Shown one piece after another: positions 56,201-64,000 of a stretch of 64,000 nt of DNA. Position numbers and translations under genes: made by a program. The notes under the pieces were generated by a model that was given only the letters and a program-made list of their open reading frames with translations, ran no database searches and had not been told where the DNA came from. The stretch's first letter is position 1. Each line of letters starts with the position of its first letter. The stretch lies in assembly GCF_009914755.1 (NCBI RefSeq), contig NC_060929.1. The stretch is one strand, 5' to 3'. This stretch comes from the human T2T-CHM13v2.0 reference genome, Homo sapiens.

Positions 56201-57189
56201 GTGGAAGGGATGGCAGTTATGAGAGCCCCTCCTATGTAGTACATACACTGTCTGTTTTTAAAAGTTGGGGAGATAGACTCAGAGAGATGAAGACACTTGA
56301 CCCAAGCCCCACCCAGGTGTGTCTGGCTGTAAAGCCCTCTCTTCTCCCTCAGACTGCCTTCCTGGTGAGGTAAGACAACACCGTTCCTAGCACAGAGAAT
56401 GACCGTGAGGGCTGTCAGGTTGTCACAGCTGTTTCGTGGCAGCTGGTGACTTCCGTTTCCTGGTCTCTTCCCAAGGAATTTTCTCATCTTTCTCATTCTC
56501 TCTGTCAAGGGAGGAAAAAGGTGATGTGCTGTGAGCAGCCCTTTCTACAAATGCTATTTTGCAGGCAGGGAAAATCCTGCCTACCCTTCTCAGCCCCAGC
56601 CTCCTGATAAGAGGAGTCCTAGGTTACTAAATTTGGGCTGGCATCCTCTCTCTGGCAGACGGGCATTTGTTGCCAGTTCCAGGGTCAGAGTTTGAGTGAG
56701 GAGAGACAATCTATCTCAGAAATGACAATCTGACCTCCCTGGCTGTGGGTCCTGTCTTTTCTGGACCGGGAATTCTCGGCTTTCATCCGATTTCAAGCAG
56801 CTTGCAGCATCAGCATCCCCTTTTATTTCCCGTGATTCCTCTTGGAATCACCTTCCTCTCAAATAACGTGGAGAGGCTCTCTCCAACCCGTTGCTAGTAT
56901 CTGCGGGGCCAGGTGAAGAGGAAGGTGGAGGGAGGACCTTTCACTCATTCTCTCACATACAAAGGAATGCTTCAAAATATTCATTCACCTGTTTATTTGG
57001 CATTCATTGATTCTTCTGGAATCAGAGATAGGTAACCTGTGACTGTGTAATTTTTTATTTTTAGGAGGAGGCTTGAGAAACCCCACTCTGCTATCAGTCA
57101 CTGGCTAGAATCGTACCATGGGAATTATTTTTAGAACCAAGCAGCTACATAATTTGGAAAGGGGAAGTCACTCCCAAGACAGAGCAACC

Positions 57190-57300
57190 AACCCTTTCAT
57201 TTTACAAATGAGGAAACTGAGGCTCCCAGAGCCGAAGAGACTTGCCCAAGGTCACACGACTAATCAGTGGCAGAATCCGGACTCAACCACACGTCTCCTG
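57190..57300 (-). mobile_element. MIR core
   Basis: cattttacaaatgaggaaactgaggctc...gacttgcccaaggtcacac. Further MIR relics at about 11.3, 14.6, 19.5, 30.4, 35.3, 37.3, 38.6, 40.2, 47.4, 51.4, 54.8 and 56.3 kb. Confidence 0.8.
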
Positions 57301-58143
57301 ACAGAAGTGGCACAGGTTCTCCTGTGCTGTACTGCCTTCCTCTCTGGGCTTCTCTAAATCAGGGACAGCTAGAAGTGTAGCTTTGGTGAGAATAACCAAA
57401 ATGTTTTCTTACACAATTCAACTTTAGTTGGAATGACCCCAAGATGACTCCTAGCTGACTTTCCTCCTGGGAGTTGGGTTTTCTTAGTTAGACTCATTTG
57501 AAAATCCAGAGCTCAGAAAGGCAGCTACACATTCTTTCTAGACAAGGTGTATAGGGTAGGATTTTGGGGAAGGGGCTGTCTCCTCTCATCTCCCCCTATT
57601 TCCTGCCCCCCGCCCCCCTACCCCTGGCCCCTTTAAGGTCACGGTCACTGTTTAAAGTTTGAATTGAAGCCTGAGATGAGATCCCAGGAGCAATAGCAAT
57701 GACTGGGCTTTCCCAGGCTGTGTGGCATTCCCCTGCCCTGTGCCAAGGTCCCTTTCTGATTCAGGTAATTCCAGCTGACCTCCTGGCACTAACCCCTCTC
57801 TCTGGCCCCAACCCCGGCCCCTGTCTCCCAGTGTGCCCGCACTCAAACACACTGTCCCTGATGCTGTGGCAGGCTCTGGGGGGGTCTGCTCCAGCCCATC
57901 TGTTTCTCCCAGCAACGAATGCTGCAGGAGCACTGGGGGAAAAGGAGAAAGACTCAATTGAGACTTAATTAGCAGGAACCTCAGTTTGTGGGAGGTAAGA
58001 AATCACACTTGGCTGCCTGCAAACACTTTGACCAAGGTGAGCCGGAGGGATCCCCTGGTTCCCAATTTTAATAGCACTGCAGCAGAGACCAGAAATGCAT
58101 TCACACAGACCCTCCTGCACACACTCTCCCCCTCTCTCCTCCC

Positions 58144-58185
58144 CACACAGACACACACACATACACACACATGCACGCACACACA
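58144..58185. repeat. Imperfect (CA)n/(TG)n microsatellite
   Basis: cacacagacacacacacatacacacacatgcacgcacacaca. Confidence 0.9.
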
Positions 58186-58211
58186 AGGCAGCGATCGCAA
58201 AATCAACTCAC

Positions 58212-58283
58212 AGGATCTCCAAATCGCGCAGCGCTCGGAAGGCTCCATCTTCAATGCAGCTGATGTGGTTGTTGTCCAGTTGC
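58212..58283 (-). CDS. SLIT3: SLIT3 coding exon (exon 6 by recalled numbering), one LRR of domain D1: (L)[23 protein letters not shown](L)
   Basis: 72 nt. Acceptor ttttccacag|G, donor CT|gtgagt, phase 2-2. The peptide is the tail of ORF 58208..58432 and matches the recalled SLIT3 protein and the LRR consensus. Confidence 0.98.
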
Positions 58284-58289
58284 CTGTGG

Positions 58290-58680
58290 AAAAGCAGGGG
58301 AGAGCATGAAGGCTGAGCGGGGGCAGCGTGAGGGGCCGGCGGCCCAGGCCACCCGAGCGCCTGTCCCTCCACCCCCTTGCAGGCGCTGCTGGTCCCCGCC
58401 AGGAGCTCGTGCAGAGCCAGCCTGTCTGCCACGCTGCTCCGTCTCTCCTCTCTGACTGTCTGAGAGAACTACACAGACGAGCGCACCAAAAGGCTGTCAG
58501 GTCTCAGTAAATATTAATTGCGCATTTTTTTTTTTTTTTTTTTTTAGGCAGAAGGGAGTAATTTCATTACATTAGGGCATCCAATCCATTACGAGCTCTT
58601 ACCGTCATGTCACTGAAACAATTTCATTAAGCTAAAGGCCTGTAAATCATTGGAGGTCACTGCTCTGCCCTCCGCGACCT
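58290..58680. promoter_or_regulatory. GC/CpG-rich patch plus homeodomain-motif cluster upstream of exon 6 (candidate enhancer)
   Basis: CpG-rich 58290-58490. AATTTCATTA twice, TGTAAATCAT (PBX-HOX TGATTTAC on the minus strand), TATTAATT. Confidence 0.4.
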
Positions 58681-61600
58681 CCCAGAATGCTTTTTTCCTC
58701 TCTCCCGTTCCCCCGTCTCCCTTTTACTGGAAGTTGCAGTCTTCTGCTCTGACACAGTGCTAAATCTCAAGGCTTTATCTACCCAAGAGCGGCAAGGGTG
58801 CATGGGGAATATACCAATTCCAAATTAGACTCAACTAATCTAATTTTATAGTCTTTTTATTATTCTAAGCACCAAATGTCTGTGGTGGTTTGATGCCTCT
58901 GTGCATTGTTACGGGGCCCATCTGGTAGGTCATTCTATTGAAGCATTTTCTGACTAAATACAGATTCCCTCAAACTGCACCAGCCATCATCAACATTAAA
59001 GAAATTCATTGATGGAAGCGTTCATGAAGAGGGGAAGAAGGAATATCGTTATTGCCTTAAAGATGCACCACTTTGATTTAAATTGGGAAGAATTAAATGC
59101 ACCTATTTCCAGACTCCTTTGTAATTTCCCTTTCCATCCTGTGAGCATGAAAATAATGTCTCTTAAAAAGATGCCTTGACTAATATACATTCTAGTTGGA
59201 GACTGAGCTATTTTAGTTGAGGGATCATACACAGATACCAGGGTTTTTTTTTTCCTAAATCAAAATATATATAATGTGTAAGTCAGGATATCAACCATGA
59301 TCACACCCCAACTATAATAGCATATATTACATACATAACCCACTTTATTCCTTAAAAAACCATAAAAAACAACAAAAAAGGTGTTATACAGGAATTGGTT
59401 ATTGACACCAGATTGTTGTACTCGGTCTGCAGAGCACACTATGGTCTTTGGGGCTGCAGGACAGGTGAAAAGAGCTATGGCTGTACTAAAAAACTCCTAG
59501 ACTCTTTTAATCTTCTCCACCTCTCAGGTGGAGGGATTTCCTGGTGTTGGAATTTTCATGTGTAAATTGAGCTAAACTATCCCAGGACAACTCTCCACAA
59601 AAGACATGTCAAAGCTACCTTTGGGAACCCTCTTCCAGGGCTTTATTTTCTACTGAAGGCAAGATTAAAATTAAAATACTATTATCTTTGGATAAGTATC
59701 CAGATGTAGAATTGCATAAATGCACACAAATAAAACGCAATAGAGTGATACCGTGCATTACAACAGACAGACTCTGTCACGATATTATGGACAATTATTA
59801 ATACATCATCTCAATAGATGCTCATGATAGAAGATTTAGATACTTAGACTAAGAAAATAAACAGTCCACAGGCATCTCGAGAAGCAGAAGCACATTTTCA
59901 GTTGGCGAGTTCTGTATCTAGTGTTCAAAGTTCTCACTGATGCCCACTCACACGGAGTCTCACCACGTCTTCTCGACCCCTAATTCTTCTGGAGCCTTTA
60001 TTCACACGGGTTTGCTAAGCCTCTTTTTCATAGATTTCTTGCAGTGTTGGGGCCGCCGACTCCCTGCAGAGGTTCTATGAAGGCAGTCTAGTCCTGCTGC
60101 CCAGCTTCTAGATTTATCATCAGCTTAGAGGCCGGTGAATCAACAACCTCTACCCCACGCCAAGGCCACCAAACCTTACCAAGCAGAAATGCAGTGGAGT
60201 TGGCTTTTGGCTTCGAGAAACTGTTCAATGAACATGCTGAATTCGGCAAAAATGGCACCATCCGCCTAAGTAGAAAAGGATCTAAATCATCACATTGGGA
60301 AGTCTGGGGTGTGTAGAGATGGCAGTTTGTGGTGCATTGGTTTTCGTGCAGACATTTCATAAAGGTCCTTGCTATTAGTATATTATTTATTTACTGGATT
60401 TGTGAAGCATTTTCTATTCCTTTTCTTTTTGAGAACACCAGAAATCAAACAGGAGACTCTACATGTACAGAATTTTATGTGGAAAGAATGGAATCTGCAG
60501 GGAAGAAGAAAATGCCATAGAAAGAAGAGAATAAACCAAAGTGGGAGAAAGAGAATAAAAAAGTATGTGGTGAGGGGAGATAGCCAAAAGATTTTTTAAA
60601 AAGACTAAACACACACTAGTAAATATCCCATCACAGTCCTGCTACTCAGCAAACTGAAGTGGTGGGGACAAGAGTCTTTGAGAGGGCTCTGATCATTTTC
60701 AGGCTAAAAGCAGAGACATCTAATATGTTACTAATTACGTGACGTTTAAATATTTTCAGTGGGTGGCACAAGTTGACATCAAGTTTATTTGCAATGGGGA
60801 AAACTGAGCTTTACTATAAGCATCTCTGTGGGTGTATTTTATAGACTATTTTAAAACACGAAACATCAAAATTTAAAATATTTATGCATAAGTGTGCTTT
60901 TCTAGAAGACATTTATTATAACTGAGATTGTCTCCTTTTGTTCTAACCACAGATAAATGAAAACAGACAGGATATTCCAACCATGATGGTCAAGGAGCCA
61001 TTCTCAAGACAAGATGCCACATTCATTACCAGGGTCTTCAAGGGTTTAACACCTATGGGGGCCCCATAAGGTAAACAAAAACCACAGCGGTTACTCCACT
61101 TCCCAGCTCTTACATCTCCATGGCACCGAGCATCAGCGTATTCGTAAAAAGCCCAATTAATTGTCCATGAGCATTCCTGATACTTCCTGCAAATACACTA
61201 GGTCTCTAAAACAAAGTAAATACACACTTGGTTCAGACAGGTTTCTTTTTCTTTGCAAAATGACACCTCAGCGACATAAAAGTTAGTCCTGATGCACAGG
61301 AGAAGGGAGGCAAAATAAACACAAGCCCAGCATTTCTTTGAGGATGGTGGAGTGGAGCGTTACTAAACACACAGAGAACCTTCCGAAGCTGAGGCCAAAA
61401 CATTCGATTTAGCAGTTTGCTTCTGGGGTTTGATGTGACCGGGGGGCCACTGATGTGTATTCTGAGCTCTCAGGTCAAAGGTCCATATCGTGCCTTTGAA
61501 AGGCCTCCTTCAAAGACCCTCTCAAAAACAAATCAACAAAGCCCATTGCCTACCCTGCAACATGCACGCCATCACTCAGGAGGCATCTGCAAAAAGGGCT

Positions 61601-64000
61601 TTGGAAATGTGAGCAGAGAGAACCCAGCAGTTGGAGGATGCCTGAGAGCTCTCTTTCAATTTTTCCTGGGCCATAAGAAGTGTATTTCCCACAGCTGCTG
61701 AATCTTTGCTTCTTATCATGCAACATAACTTACCCCAGTGCCTAGCGCAGTGCCAGCCACTTCACAGATGGTCACCAATGGTTGCAGAATGAGTCCTTCT
61801 AGAAAAAGGTGTCAGGGCTGAGCCCAAGCCGTATGGAATAAAGCTCTAAGCCATATCGTCATGACTGTGGCCCTGTGGCCCTTCTAGTGACGACAATAAA
61901 GACTGAGCCCTCCTGCTGTGACTGTACAGGGCTAAGCACCTTCCCTGCTTCTTGTCTTTCTGAGACACAGACCTCTATCAGGGAGCCCTTGGGAAGGAGA
62001 CTTGAAATAAAACAAGATTTCTATGGGTCCAGGATGAAGATGGGGAACGGGAAGGCAAGAAATTTTGGGAAGGCTGGCTATTTTTTTGGAGGCCACTTTT
62101 ATTGTCTTCTACTTTATACAGGATACTCAGTTTGATTTACACTCCCCTGTCTCTGAATAAGCCAAGAAGCCCCAAAATGTTTCATGATATTAAATTAACT
62201 GCTCTAATTTCCCCAGGAAGCTCGAATTTCGGCAAACAATATGAGTGCTAAAATGATACCAGAGTCCATTTAGAGAGGAATCCTCCGACAAGCACTAAAT
62301 GCAGACTCCCCGAGAGCAGCTTTCTGACTACTGTATTTTTATACTCTGAGAATATAAACAAGGCAGAAAGGAAAGCCAGCGTGAGTGAGGACTTAAAATA
62401 ATCTCCGCAAACGGCAGACTGGGAGATAGCACTTTTGAAAGAATTCCCATTAGTAAGCATAATATACTCCTATTATCACAGTTCATCTCTTTCAATTACA
62501 ATGTGAAATTTCGTAATTGAAGCAGGATTAGAAATGTTTTTGTGCTTCAAAAATTAAAGCAGCCTATCTAAATCCTTTACAAAGGGTTAAAAAACTGACT
62601 ACAATTTAAAAAGCTTCTAACTATCTCCCAACAGTAACCAAAAAAAGAAGAAAGAGATAAAGAAAGAAGGAAAAGAAAAAGAATTTTTTTTAAATTCAGG
62701 ATTTCAATGATGCATTTAAGTCCCCATGAAGAATACCTTGAAAATAGATATCTTCAGAAATAGGCTTTGGGTATCTGGAAGAAAAGTCGAATTCCAAACT
62801 AGGTATCTACATGCAAGGTCTGCACATCAGGGGATACCCATCCAGTTGTTCATTCCTCATCCAGATGTTCTGGGGGCCCAGCATCTCATCAGGTGGATGG
62901 TTAAACTTAGCCTGAGGGCACTGTCCCTCCAGGGGCCCCAAATCCAGCAGCAGCGTTCTGCTCTGAGCTTCTGTTCATGTTCCTCCTCATGCTAAATGGG
63001 AGAAGTAGCTAAGGCTCAGCACCCTTTAGAGTTTAACAATTTGCTAATTTCTGAATAAATCTATCCCTACCAAATGTGCCAAATAAGTGTGGGGACTTCT
63101 GCATGAAATTCACAAGGGAAGCCTTACTAGAAACCCAAAGCAAGTCAACAGTCATGAAATCCAACAAGGAATTAACCCATAAGAGTAACATAGTACTATT
63201 AGATGTTCACACTGTCTTAGGTACTCAGGATGAAGAATAAAGTATAAGACACCCTTTGAAAATATTTGGAAGAAAGTTGCCACCTCTGGTTTTCACAGCT
63301 GAATTATATTGAAAGGTTTAAGGGAATTTAAACACCTAAACTATAATAATTTGAATTAGTTTTTGATGAAATATATATATGTTCATCAATGTACATATTT
63401 GAAGTATTCTTTTTCTAGACGGAGGAGAAATAGAATATTGTAACTGTAAAAAGAAAACCGGGGGAATCCCTGCTTTCATGAACCAAGGCAGAAGACAAAA
63501 TGTGAAGCAGCCTTGACATGCTATTTCTTTCCTCCCTATTATCCAATTGTCCTTTAAGCAGAGAATAGGAAATCTAGAAGCGCTTTTGAAGGTTGTTTTT
63601 TTTTATGACAGTTTAACATTCTAAAAAATCATTATTGAAGAACAAATTATAGAAGCATTTGTCTGCTGCTAGCTGGGGTCTTTGAAAAAAATAAAGCTCA
63701 AGGTTATTTTAACTGACAAAAGGAAAAAAATTATCTTCATAAGAAACGCATATACTTCATATAACTGAGTACTGGTTACACTTCCTCAGAGAAATCAAAC
63801 ACTTGATCTAAGCCACAATCTGCTAATGAATTGTCACTGCTTCTCATCATTTGAGGGCTACTGTAATTCTACATTAAAACAACATCTCAAATGAGCAAAA
63901 GGAGGTGAATCTATCATTTTGCTCATTTTGTACACTTGCCCACCAGACCCTAGAATACATATAGATATGTTTACTGATTCATGAATTATTTAAGTATCCA

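Noticed and set aside
60100-60320. Coding-looking stretch (…NAVELAFGFEKLFNEHAEFGKNG…)
   Set aside because: No protein family recognised, no start or splice context, and no poly(A)/TSD suggesting a processed pseudogene; a BLASTX search would settle it.

Overview
This is primate, almost certainly human, genomic DNA from inside the SLIT3 gene (slit guidance ligand 3), which is transcribed on the minus strand. Six coding exons can be spliced by eye into one continuous reading frame with canonical AG/GT ends: 58212-58283, 36882-36953, 30921-31084, 20071-20212, 9130-9201 and 3184-3255 (72, 72, 164, 142, 72, 72 nt). By recalled gene structure these are exons 6-11, encoding the end of LRR domain D1, the D1 C-cap/D2 N-cap, and the first two LRRs of D2. 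The remaining ~99% is intron: about 10 Alus, two old L1MA 3' ends, many L2/MIR relics, hAT and Tc1/mariner MITEs, an MLT1 LTR and a Y1 RNA retropseudogene. Nearly all ORFs in the supplied track are spurious or repeat-derived. I see no convincing new biological system. The best hypothesis-level leads are (i) an Alu-tail-derived poly(A) site in intron 8 that could yield a D1-only secreted SLIT3, (ii) a candidate 27-nt poison microexon upstream of exon 11, (iii) inverted Alus around a frame-symmetric exon 8-9 cassette (stop-free circRNA potential), (iv) a UG-repeat/UGCAUG splicing element after exon 6, and (v) several CpG- or homeobox-motif-dense candidate regulatory elements. Repeat family names and boundaries come from recalled consensus sequences, not from a RepeatMasker run.
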